NCBI GenBank assembly: GCA_027492035.1
Contig: JAOZFT010000004.1
Location: 352,001 to 416,000 of the forward strand
Origin: Thermoproteota archaeon
Lineage (GTDB): Archaea; Korarchaeota; JAOZGF01; JAOZFZ01
Length of the DNA stretch: 64,000 nucleotides
Direction of reading: 5' to 3'
Shown: positions 1 to 8,563 of the stretch, one piece after another
Position numbering within the stretch: position 1 is the first letter of the stretch
How the letters are laid out: each line of letters opens with the position of its first letter
Notes under the pieces: generated by a model
The model's database searches: none
What the model was told of the DNA's origin: nothing
The model's input: only the letters and a program-made list of their open reading frames with translations
Translations under genes and position numbers: made by a program

Positions 1-33
1 TTAAGAGAATTTTTTAAGGAGGAGTGTTTAGGG

Positions 34-2433
34 TTGAATAAAGAAGAATTACTCTTTTTGATGTTGACATGTTTAATTTTTTCAAGTTTGTCACCTCTGA
101 ACGTTTACGGTCAACAATTTGGGGAATTGGTAAAGGTACCTAAAGAATCACTTGATGTTTATTTAGCTGCTGTTAAGGGGAACACTTACTGGAGAAATAA
201 CTGGTACTATGACCCCTCTAATAAGGTTATGCAAATTCCTACAATGCTTGGTAAAATGCCAAGTCCTCAAGCTACAGGTTTAGCTGGTCACCTTTATGCG
301 TTATCTATTATTCACGCAACTGAACTCTCCCTCTCAGGTTCAAATTTGCAGGAAGTAAAAAATAGACTTAGACAAATAAGCAGTTACTTCTTAACAAATT
401 CAAGGGGTGGTTTATGGGCTAGTGAAATAACTCAAACCTATGTTGACGTTGCTTTCTCGTCTATGGTTGTGTGGTTTGAAAGTGAAGCTTACATGGTTAA
501 CGTAATTAACAAATCTGATGTTCAAATGCATGTTCAGTCACTTTCAGCTTTACAGACAAGTTCTGGCGGATGGTTTGCCTCTACAGCACCCTACAGCCAA
601 TGGAAACAACCACTGGTTACTTACACGTCACTGGCTTTAACAGCTTTGTTGAAAGCTGAAACAGCTGGGTTGTCTGTGGATAAATCCGTAATAAACAAAG
701 CAATCAATTATTTACAATCAAAAGCTGTGAAAGGTGTTGGAACAGCTCACTGGGCTAGAGAAAACATGCCTGTCCCAACTGTTTTTGCGGATTCAACTTC
801 CCCAAGTGAAGTAATAACTTCACTTGCACTCTATGCTTTATCGACAGCTAAAATGCAAGGTTACAACGTTGACACACAACTTCTTCAAAACGCTGCACAC
901 TATCTCCTAGACAAGTTCCCTGCCCAAACCAATAAAGACGATAAACTTTTGTCATCTATGGCTTTAGCCGCAGCTGCCGGTGCAGGTGCAGTAGATATTT
1001 CAACCCTGGTGGGGAAAACATTCTCCTTCCTTTATGGTGTAGCTGAAAATTTTGACGTTGCTAAACCCCCCTTCCCATGGGAAGCGATCCCAACTTACTG
1101 CATTTACTTCTGGGAATACATTGAAACAGTTACTGTTGAAAACTCAATAACTACAGCCGTGGCACCGGCCAAAGCTGTTTTAACAGAGAAGGAAGTAACT
1201 AAAGTCGTTAGAGGAGCAACTGTTGAAGTTAATTTCCAAATAAGTAACATGGGTGCAAGTCAATTGAAGCTTTTCCTTGAACCCTACACTTCAGCATCTT
1301 TCAAAATAAATTCATCCTCAAGCAACCAAGTAACTCTTGAATCAGGTTCTCAAACAAGTTACAAGTTCAGTTTCAAAATACCTGAAGCAGCTACTCCTGG
1401 AGAATTAAAAATAGGGGTAAAAGTTTATAAGTTAGTGGAGGGAAAGAAAATACCTTCCAGGTGGTCGAAGGAAACGTCAATAGTAATAATAAAGAATGCT
1501 CAATTAACCCTCACAAGAAAAGTTACAGCTAAAAGTTTAAACTTAGGGGATAACTTAACAATCACTTTACAAATAAAGAACACAGGAGATGTTGAAGCTT
1601 CAAATATAGTAATCAGGGAGGATTTAAATGAAGGGTTTGAAATTTCAAGTTACCTATCATCAGATCAAGCAATGTTCACATCCACAGGCTTAAACCTTGT
1701 TTCAATAAAGCCTCAGGAGGAAAAGGTTTATACATACAGTGTAGTGGCAGAAAAAGCAAATGCAGGTAACCAAACCCTTTCAACAACCACCCTAACCTAC
1801 CTTGACGTCTTCAATAAACCACATACGATAACTCAAAAAACAGATGTAATAGTCCATAGGCCAAAAATCACATTGAAGGGATCCTTAAAAGTGGGGGAGG
1901 AAGAAAGCCAGAAAGAAATAGAAGCTCCATGGGGGAGCAAAGTTAAATTAACAATAACACTTAAAAACGAAGGAAATTTAGAGGCTAAAAACATAGAGTT
2001 AAATGCAGTAATACCTAAACAGCTTCAAATAATCAGCGATGAAACAGAGGGGGCAATTTCAAAAGACACAGTCGTAATAGAGCTGGAAAATCTTAAACCG
2101 AATGAACAGAAATCATTTAAAATAACCACTAAAACAGCGAACTTTTACATGTCCCTTAAACAAAAGGCACCTATTTTCCTAGATTTAAAATACACAGATT
2201 TAAACGGCAGATTCGTAGAAGGTGCATACAAGAGCTCAACAGATTTCCAAGTAAACATAACAGTACCTATGTGGCTGGAAATCTCAGTGGCAGCATCCAT
2301 TATTGCATTAATACTCCTTGTTTCAGCTTTATTAATAAGAAAAGCTAGGAAGGAAAAGAGAAGGAAAGTTTACTCTCCAAAACACTTAATAATGAAGGAG
2401 AGAAGAAAGAAGAGGAGTGAAAGACTTGGTTAA
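34..2433 (+). CDS. Large membrane-anchored surface protein: signal peptide, alpha/alpha-toroid domain (alpha-2-macroglobulin TED / prenyltransferase-like), Ig-like DUF11/BatD-type repeats, C-terminal TM and basic tail ending RLG
   Basis: Hydrophobic N-terminus; helical repeats 'TSLALTALLKAETAGLSVDKSVINKAINYL' and 'TSLALYALSTAKMQGYNVDTQLLQNAAHYL'; 'GGW' motif; beta-rich 'ITLxIKNxGxxEAxNI' repeats; TM 'ISVAASIIALILLVSALLI'. Confidence 0.6.
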   Translation: MNKEELLFLMLTCLIFSSLSPLNVYGQQFGELVKVPKESLDVYLAAVKGNTYWRNNWYYDPSNKVMQIPTMLGKMPSPQATGLAGHLYALSIIHATELSLSGSNLQEVKNRLRQISSYFLTNSRGGLWASEITQTYVDVAFSSMVVWFESEAYMVNVINKSDVQMHVQSLSALQTSSGGWFASTAPYSQWKQPLVTYTSLALTALLKAETAGLSVDKSVINKAINYLQSKAVKGVGTAHWARENMPVPTVFADSTSPSEVITSLALYALSTAKMQGYNVDTQLLQNAAHYLLDKFPAQTNKDDKLLSSMALAAAAGAGAVDISTLVGKTFSFLYGVAENFDVAKPPFPWEAIPTYCIYFWEYIETVTVENSITTAVAPAKAVLTEKEVTKVVRGATVEVNFQISNMGASQLKLFLEPYTSASFKINSSSSNQVTLESGSQTSYKFSFKIPEAATPGELKIGVKVYKLVEGKKIPSRWSKETSIVIIKNAQLTLTRKVTAKSLNLGDNLTITLQIKNTGDVEASNIVIREDLNEGFEISSYLSSDQAMFTSTGLNLVSIKPQEEKVYTYSVVAEKANAGNQTLSTTTLTYLDVFNKPHTITQKTDVIVHRPKITLKGSLKVGEEESQKEIEAPWGSKVKLTITLKNEGNLEAKNIELNAVIPKQLQIISDETEGAISKDTVVIELENLKPNEQKSFKITTKTANFYMSLKQKAPIFLDLKYTDLNGRFVEGAYKSSTDFQVNITVPMWLEISVAASIIALILLVSALLIRKARKEKRRKVYSPKHLIMKERRKKRSERLG

Positions 2434-3094
2434 AAAAAGGGGGAAAGTAATTCTTACCTTGGCTGCAATTTTTTTAGTTGCAGCTTCAACCTACTACCTC
2501 ACTTACAAACACAACATGAACCCTCTAAACAATCCTCCATCAAAAATAGAGAAAATAATTATTTTAATAAACGAAAAAGATGCCACTGAATCAATGGGGA
2601 AAGAAAAACTAAACTACACATTAGCTGTTTCAAGCATAAGTTACATACTGCCTTTTGCCTCCAATCTAAAATACACTGTGGAGGAAGGAACCCTACTCAT
2701 AAACAGTTCAAAAGATATAAACATAAGCAAGGCAAATGAAACAACTCCCATAATTTACTTAATAGGGCCGATAGGAGGAGCGAAACAGACAGGCATAATA
2801 TTAAGGGAACATTCAGTAGTAGTTGAAGGGGAAACCTACACAAAACTCTTCTCAGCTACAGACCTGCTAAACTACTTCCTTCTGAAAAACCTAAAGCCAA
2901 AAATTGTCTACAGCACAAAACATCAATCATACGCCCTATATTTCCAACATCCACTCTCAGGGAAAATAATACCTGCTCCCTGGTACTCTAACAAACCACT
3001 ACAAGAACTAATGAACACTGTTTCCCTGGAACACGAAAACGGAACACCTGCTTCAGCAAATGAGGTAAGAGCACTAATTTTAGGTGAAAAATAA
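2417..3094 (+). CDS. Hypothetical protein with N-terminal membrane anchor
   Basis: Basic N-terminus followed by TM helix; overlaps the upstream gene by 17 nt. Confidence 0.6.
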   Translation: MKDLVKKRGKVILTLAAIFLVAASTYYLTYKHNMNPLNNPPSKIEKIIILINEKDATESMGKEKLNYTLAVSSISYILPFASNLKYTVEEGTLLINSSKDINISKANETTPIIYLIGPIGGAKQTGIILREHSVVVEGETYTKLFSATDLLNYFLLKNLKPKIVYSTKHQSYALYFQHPLSGKIIPAPWYSNKPLQELMNTVSLEHENGTPASANEVRALILGEK

Positions 3095-3135
3095 ACTTTT
3101 AAAAAACATTAACAAAGATATAGAAATGTAGCGGT

Positions 3136-3224
3136 GCAGCCGTGGTCTAGCCAGGTAGGACGGGAGATTCATTGAACCCAAGCCCCCCAAGCTCCCAACG
3201 CGGGTTCAAATCCCGCCGGCTGCA
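3136..3224 (+). tRNA. tRNA-Gly(CCC) with 16-nt non-canonical intron at 30/31 (3167-3182); encodes C33
   Basis: Acceptor GCAGCCG/CGGCTGC+A; T arm GCGGG-TTCAAAT-CCCGC; removing ATTCATTGAACCCAAG gives stem GGAGC/GCTCC with loop CC-CCC-AA; relaxed BHB (CGGG/CCCA, bulges AGA and AGC). Confidence 0.88.
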
Positions 3225-3430
3225 TTTTTTCATACACATGAAAAAGGTTTTTTAGGTGGAAAAGCCTTAAATTGCTGCTTCAGCCCTTGGAACCTAGTTT
3301 TTTTCAGAATTGATTCCTTAAGGAAAACGTAAAGCTTTAAAAATTCAAGGCTATTCTTTATTGTTGAGAAAGGGTGGAGAGCTTAAAAATCTTTACAGAA
3401 AAGGCCTTTTCAGTTTGAGTTTTTAAAAAA

Positions 3431-3549
3431 GCGCCCGTCGTCTAGTCATGGCTTAAAATGTTTTTAAGCCGCTAAGGGACTAGGACACAGGCCCTCCAAG
3501 CCTGTAACGCGGGTTCAAATGAAGTAATCTGAAAATCCCGCCGGGCGCA
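3431..3549 (+). tRNA. tRNA-Gly(TCC) with two introns: 28 nt in the D-loop (3449-3476) and 16 nt at 59/60 (3520-3535); encodes C33
   Basis: Acceptor GCGCCCG/CGGGCGC+A; anticodon arm CAGGC-CC-TCC-AA-GCCTG; BHB helices TAGT/GCTA and TTCA/TGAA, each with 3-nt bulges. Confidence 0.92.
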
Positions 3550-3578
3550 TCTACTCCTTTCGAAAAGGGTGCAATGTT

Positions 3579-4256
3579 TTGCTGCATCTTGTTTTGGCTG
3601 AAGCCTCCCTTGAAAAGGTACCTCTCTCCCTTTTCAACCATCCTCAAGTTGTTAGTTATTGTAGGAAAAGGAAAATCAAGCCTAAAGAAGCTATTTTAGA
3701 TACAAGCTATCATTTCGAAGCTGTTAAAAAACTCCCTTTTAAACATAAAAGAGGCAGACCTGACATTGTCCATTTCTTCCTCCTTTTAACACAAGATAGT
3801 TTAGTGAATAAAGTGGGAAAATTAAGAACTTACATACATACCTTAAACAACGAAGTAATATATGTAAACCCGGGAACTAGGCCACCTAAACATTACGACA
3901 GATTTTTGGGGTTGATGCAGCAGCTTTTCAAAGAAGGACAAGTCCCCCCAAAAAAAGAAGCTTTATTTTTAATCAAGAAAAAGAATTTGGCAGATTTAAA
4001 AAAGGAGATCAACCCAGACATAACTATCGGTCTATCCCGGAAAGGAAAAGTTATTAATCCCTTCAAATACTTTGGAAAGATAAATAAGGAAAAAAGCGTA
4101 GCTGTAATTGTTGGGGGATTTCCTCACGGCAACTTCTGCAGCGAAACCTTGGAAGTAATAGATCAATTATTTAGTTTAGGCAATTACCCCCTGCAAACCT
4201 GGACAGTAACTTCTTTAGTGCTTTGCTCCTACTGCCAATCCTTACTCCACTACTAA
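3579..4256 (+). CDS. nep1: Nep1/Emg1 SPOUT rRNA pseudouridine methyltransferase
   Basis: Motifs 'LDTSYH', 'RGRPDIVHFFLL', 'IVGGFPHG'. Confidence 0.92.
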   Translation: MLHLVLAEASLEKVPLSLFNHPQVVSYCRKRKIKPKEAILDTSYHFEAVKKLPFKHKRGRPDIVHFFLLLTQDSLVNKVGKLRTYIHTLNNEVIYVNPGTRPPKHYDRFLGLMQQLFKEGQVPPKKEALFLIKKKNLADLKKEINPDITIGLSRKGKVINPFKYFGKINKEKSVAVIVGGFPHGNFCSETLEVIDQLFSLGNYPLQTWTVTSLVLCSYCQSLLHY

Positions 4257-4336
4257 CAATTTATCCACTTTTTAGAAAAGGATTAATTAAAAGAGGAAAA
4301 CCCGAAAATCTTTTAGAAAGGGGGAAGTGGATAAGA

Positions 4337-4654
4337 TTGAGTTTACGAACAAGAAAGATAGCGAAGGAAAGAATAAATATTTTAATGAAATTAGCAGAGG
4401 AAATACATAAAACAAAGCCTCACCTTGCTCAAAAATACTACAAGGCAGCTTGGAAAATCTCTTTAAAGGCACGAGTACCCTTCCCCAAGAAGTGGAAAAA
4501 AAGAATTTGTAAACATTGCAAAAAATTCCTTTTTCTAGGTTTCAACGCAACCGTGAGACTGAACCAGAACAGGTTTCCACATGTTACAATTAAATGCCTA
4601 GAATGTGGTGGCTACACACGATACCCTTACAAGAAAAAAGGTAGTAAAAAGTGA
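4337..4654 (+). CDS. rnp4: RNase P subunit Rpp21
   Basis: 'IAKERINIL', CxxC...CxxC zinc ribbon, 'RYPY'; probable TTG start at 4337 within the ORF from 4223. Confidence 0.88.
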   Translation: MSLRTRKIAKERINILMKLAEEIHKTKPHLAQKYYKAAWKISLKARVPFPKKWKKRICKHCKKFLFLGFNATVRLNQNRFPHVTIKCLECGGYTRYPYKKKGSKK

Positions 4655-4755
4655 AGGAAGAAAAGCATAAGGCTCTAAACCCTCTATGCCTTTAACACAT
4701 TTTTGAAAAATTTTTAAAAAGAAAAAGAGTTTTAAATGGAAAAGGGGATTAGAAA

Positions 4756-5220
4756 ATGGTGAAAATTACAGATGTACCTGCAGACCTACTGATCAAGAAA
4801 TTAGCTGAGAAATTGAAGGAAATCCCAGAAATAAAGCAGCCTGAATGGAGTCTCTTTGTCAAGACAGGCGTTTCTAAGGAAAGGAGGCCTTCAAACCCGG
4901 ATTGGTGGTACATACGCGCAGCTTCAATTCTGCGGAAACTCTACTTAAAGGGGCCTATGGGAGTTTCAAGGCTGAGATCTTTGTATGGAGGAAGGAAAAA
5001 CAGAGGCTCTAAACCTGAACACTTCTACAAAGGAAGTGGAAAAATTATAAGGACGATTCTTCAACAATTAGAGGCTGCAGGGTTCTTAAAACTCAAAGAA
5101 GTAAATGGGAGAAAACTAGGGAGAACAATAAGTGACAAGGGAAAATCTTTCGTTGACTCAAGTTCTTACCTGGTAATGAAAGAACTCACCAGCAGAAAAA
5201 AGATGGAATACACTATCTAA
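4756..5220 (+). CDS. rps19e: 30S ribosomal protein S19e
   Basis: 'PEWSLFVKTG', 'WWYIRAASILRK', 'KGSGKIIR'. Confidence 0.97.
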   Translation: MVKITDVPADLLIKKLAEKLKEIPEIKQPEWSLFVKTGVSKERRPSNPDWWYIRAASILRKLYLKGPMGVSRLRSLYGGRKNRGSKPEHFYKGSGKIIRTILQQLEAAGFLKLKEVNGRKLGRTISDKGKSFVDSSSYLVMKELTSRKKMEYTI

Positions 5221-5293
5221 ATTTCAACGCAAAAAATGTTTTGGAAATAAAGATTTAAAGTGTTTAAGAAGCGCTTAGGAGGGTGTGTTGAGA

Positions 5294-5620
5294 ATGAGCG
5301 ACGAACTTGAGGAGCTTAAGAAGAGGAAACTAATTGAACTTCAACAAAAACTGATTGAAGAAGAAAGAAAAAAGGAGTTGCAGAAACAAATCGAGCAGCA
5401 GAAAAGGATGATCTTGAAAATAATTTTGACACCTGAAGCTAGGCAAAGATTGGCTAACGTGAAAATGGTTAAGCCTGAAATAGCTGAAACAATAGAATCC
5501 CAACTAATTCAGCTCTACTCAATTGGTAAATTAAGAAATAGGGTTTCAGATGAACAATTAAAAAGAATCCTTCACTCTATCCAAAAACAGAGGAAAGAAG
5601 TTAAGATCAAATACAAATAA
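5294..5620 (+). CDS. PDCD5/TFAR19-like DNA-binding protein
   Basis: '[19 protein letters not shown]'; conserved position after S19e. Confidence 0.92.
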   Translation: MSDELEELKKRKLIELQQKLIEEERKKELQKQIEQQKRMILKIILTPEARQRLANVKMVKPEIAETIESQLIQLYSIGKLRNRVSDEQLKRILHSIQKQRKEVKIKYK

Positions 5621-5670
5621 AAAGGGTCCTAAATTACCCTTTCTTATTCAAAAATGTGGAGGTGTTACTT

Positions 5671-5826
5671 TTGTCCAGAAATAAACCTTTAGGGAAGAAG
5701 CTGAGGCTACTGAAAAAGGAGAGACAAAACAGCAGAGTCCCTATTTGGGTAATCCTTAAAACAAATAGGAGAGTAACAACAAATTATAAAAGGAGACAGT
5801 GGAGAAGGTCAAGGTTAAAAGTTTGA
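5671..5826 (+). CDS. rpl39e: 50S ribosomal protein L39e (absent from the ORF track)
   Basis: Translated by hand: [51 protein letters not shown]; GGAGGTG SD before TTG. Confidence 0.95.
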   Translation: MSRNKPLGKKLRLLKKERQNSRVPIWVILKTNRRVTTNYKRRQWRRSRLKV

Positions 5827-5849
5827 ACAAAGGGAAAAGGTTGAAAAAA

Positions 5850-6164
5850 ATGAGTAAAGGAGAGGAGAAAGAAATAATTATTTCCTTAAAAATACCTCGA
5901 AACCCGAGAAGTAACAGGGCTGAAAGGGCAGTTTCATACCTTAAAAAATCACTTGAGCGACATTTAAGGAAACATTTAAAGGAAAAGAGTGAAGAAGAGG
6001 AAGAAGAGGAAAAAATAAAAATAGATCCTGCCCTTAACGAATATCTTTGGAAAAGGGGAATAAGGAACATTCCAAGAAAAGTAAAGGTTTCAGTTAAACT
6101 CAGTAAAGGAAAAAAAGAGAAAGAAGAAGAGGAAGGGGTAACAGTTAAACTTGCTGAAAAATAA
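5850..6164 (+). CDS. rpl31e: 50S ribosomal protein L31e with acidic insert
   Basis: 'RAERAV', 'IDPALNEYLWKRGIRNIPRKVKV'. Confidence 0.92.
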   Translation: MSKGEEKEIIISLKIPRNPRSNRAERAVSYLKKSLERHLRKHLKEKSEEEEEEEKIKIDPALNEYLWKRGIRNIPRKVKVSVKLSKGKKEKEEEEGVTVKLAEK

Positions 6165-6185
6165 TTCAAAGGTAGCTTACTCGCC

Positions 6186-6851
6186 ATGATCAGCCAAACG
6201 CATTTCCACGGTGAACCTTACGTGGGGGTTTTCTTCTCCACAAATGAAGATTATACACTCATCCCCCCCACCACAAGTGAGAAAACAAAGAAATTAATTG
6301 AAAAAACCTTGAAAACACAGGTGGTTGAAGCAACAATCATGGAAACTTACTTATTAGGTATATTAACTGTTTCAAACTCTTACGGATTCATTCTACCCCA
6401 CCTTGTAACTGAACATGAAGTTGAAAACATAAAGAAAGAAACCGACAGCAAAATACTTGTTTTAAACACTAAATACACTGTTCTCCGTAACCTCATAATC
6501 TTGAACAATTCCCATCTAATTATTTCCAATGTACTGAAAAGGAAAGTAAATGAAATATTGAATTTCTTAGGAATGGAGACTTTCTTAATCTGGGAAGAAA
6601 GAGATCAGCCACTAATAGGGTCCATGGTTGTTGTAACCGACAAAGGAGGAGTGGTTTCTCCCTTAATTACTTTAGACAACGAAAAAAAATTAGAATCTTT
6701 CCTAGGTTTCGCTTTACCTAAATGCACAGTTAATTCAGGAGGAAATTTCCCTTCTTTAGGGTTAGTGGCTAACTCTAAAGGTGGATTAACCAGTTTCAAA
6801 ACAACTGGTTACGAACTCTCCCTTCTGGAGAAGGGTTTATCATTTCTATAG
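6186..6851 (+). CDS. eif6: Translation initiation factor aIF6
   Basis: 'YVGVFFSTNE', 'TVNSG', 'ANSKG', 'TTGYEL'; conserved context. Confidence 0.9.
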   Translation: MISQTHFHGEPYVGVFFSTNEDYTLIPPTTSEKTKKLIEKTLKTQVVEATIMETYLLGILTVSNSYGFILPHLVTEHEVENIKKETDSKILVLNTKYTVLRNLIILNNSHLIISNVLKRKVNEILNFLGMETFLIWEERDQPLIGSMVVVTDKGGVVSPLITLDNEKKLESFLGFALPKCTVNSGGNFPSLGLVANSKGGLTSFKTTGYELSLLEKGLSFL

Positions 6852-6877
6852 TTTTTAAAAGTGAAGAGGGGATCTCA

Positions 6878-7117
6878 ATGAAGGAAGTAAAGTTTTATCG
6901 AATAGAAGGGTATTTTGAAAAAAATAAAGAGAAGGTTTTTTTCAGAAAAGAGGTAAGTGCTGTTTCAGAAGAAAAAGCAGTAGAGAAACTGTGTTTCAAT
7001 ATCGGAAGTAAACACAGGGTTAAAAAGCCAGTGATTAAAATCAAAAAGGTTGCTGTTATAAGTGGAGAGGAGTTAACTGACCCTGTTCTTAAAGAGTTGC
7101 TTCTGAGAAGGGAATAG
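6878..7117 (+). CDS. rpl18ae: 50S ribosomal protein L18Ae/LX
   Basis: 'IGSKHRVK' motif; context. Confidence 0.9.
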   Translation: MKEVKFYRIEGYFEKNKEKVFFRKEVSAVSEEKAVEKLCFNIGSKHRVKKPVIKIKKVAVISGEELTDPVLKELLLRRE

Positions 7118-7142
7118 AAAAAAGAGGGTTGAGGAAGCTTTT

Positions 7143-7550
7143 ATGGCCGAAAAATTAGCAGAAAGGGAAATAATCCCACAAATCCAATATATACAAGCTT
7201 TGGTGGATTCCTTACAAGAAGAAATCCGAAGAATGAATATTCTAAGGAATCAGTTAAGCTTAACTTTGTTAGGTTTAAAAGAAGTGAAAATAAATAGAGA
7301 GACTCTGTCTTCAATAGGTTCAGGTGTTTACGCTTTCACTAAACCCCTCCATGAAGACAAGTTCCTAATAAATGTTGGAGCTAATGTTTATGTTACTAAG
7401 TCGAAAGAAAAAGCTTTGGAGTATCTTTCGAAACAATTAAATGAGGTAAATAAACTTATTCAAAAGTATCAAAGCCAACTTCTCAATTACATGAGCCTAC
7501 TGGATCAGTTGAACGCTAAACTTAGTCGATTGAGCCAGAAACAGACATAA
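7143..7550 (+). CDS. pfdA: Prefoldin alpha subunit
   Basis: Coiled coils flanking 'IGSGVY...INVGANVYV'. Confidence 0.9.
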   Translation: MAEKLAEREIIPQIQYIQALVDSLQEEIRRMNILRNQLSLTLLGLKEVKINRETLSSIGSGVYAFTKPLHEDKFLINVGANVYVTKSKEKALEYLSKQLNEVNKLIQKYQSQLLNYMSLLDQLNAKLSRLSQKQT

Positions 7551-7561
7551 AGTGTTTCCTT

Positions 7562-8464
7562 TCAAATAATCTCTTCAATTATTTTTTCAGGTTCATAACG
7601 GATAAAGTCCATATATCCCTGTCCACACCCTAAAAACAAAATAGGTTTCTTTAGCGTATTTGCAACTGTGAGAATAACTCCTCCCTTGTCAGTGGCATCT
7701 ATTTTGGTAATTACTGCACAGTCTACTTGGATAGCTTCATCGAAAAATTTGCACTGTACCTCTGCATCGTTTCCCGCTAACCCGTCAATAACCAAAACTT
7801 TTAAATCTGGATTGTTAACTCTGACAACCTTTTTCAGTTCTTCAAGTAAGTTCTCGTTTGAATGAGCTCTACCCGCTGTATCAGCACATACAACATCAAA
7901 TCTTTTAGTCCTGGCTCTTTCTATAGCGTCATATATAACAGCTGCACTGTCCGACCCTCTTCTTTGTTTAACAACTTGTACTTTGACGGCTTCTGCATAT
8001 TTACACATCTGTTCTATCCCTGCAGCACGGAATGTGTCAGCTGCTGCAATTAACACCCTGAACCCCTTCTCTTTCAGGTATTTTGCTGTTTTCGCTACAG
8101 ATAATGATTTCCCTACTCCATTGAAGCCTACAAAAATAATTACGTAAGGTTTTCCCCCCTTTTTACCCACTTCACTAGGTAAATCTATCTCTGGTGTTTG
8201 TAGAATCCTTAACAGCTCCTCCCTCATAATATTAAAAACAGCTTTTTCTCTTTTACCCCTGGGAACCTTCAAATCCACAATCTTTCTTTTTAAACACTCT
8301 CTTAATTCTTTACATGTACCATAGGAGACCCCTGCTGAATAAAGTTTTATTTCCACTTCATCAAATATTTCCTCAAATTTCTTTTCAGTAATTTTCTCTT
8401 CTAGTAAAACCTTAATCAGTTTCTCTTTGAATGAAATTAAGGGATTCTTTAACTCTTTCCACAA
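7562..8464 (-). CDS. ftsY: SRP receptor FtsY (NG domain only)
   Basis: 'GFNGVGKS', 'AADTFRAAG', 'DTAGR', 'TKID', 'GCGQGY'. Confidence 0.95.
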   Translation of the reverse strand: MWKELKNPLISFKEKLIKVLLEEKITEKKFEEIFDEVEIKLYSAGVSYGTCKELRECLKRKIVDLKVPRGKREKAVFNIMREELLRILQTPEIDLPSEVGKKGGKPYVIIFVGFNGVGKSLSVAKTAKYLKEKGFRVLIAAADTFRAAGIEQMCKYAEAVKVQVVKQRRGSDSAAVIYDAIERARTKRFDVVCADTAGRAHSNENLLEELKKVVRVNNPDLKVLVIDGLAGNDAEVQCKFFDEAIQVDCAVITKIDATDKGGVILTVANTLKKPILFLGCGQGYMDFIRYEPEKIIEEII

Positions 8465-8563
8465 TTTTCAGTCCTCTTTTCCTTTTTCTTTAAATTTTTA
8501 GAAAGGTATACTGAGAGGAGGAAAAATTTAAAAATTTTGTAACATTACCTCTCCATTTAAAGG

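Noticed and set aside
4651-4695. Short frame after Rpp21 at the usual yhbY position
   Set aside because: It is only 14 codons with no YhbY motif, so it cannot be called a pseudogene.
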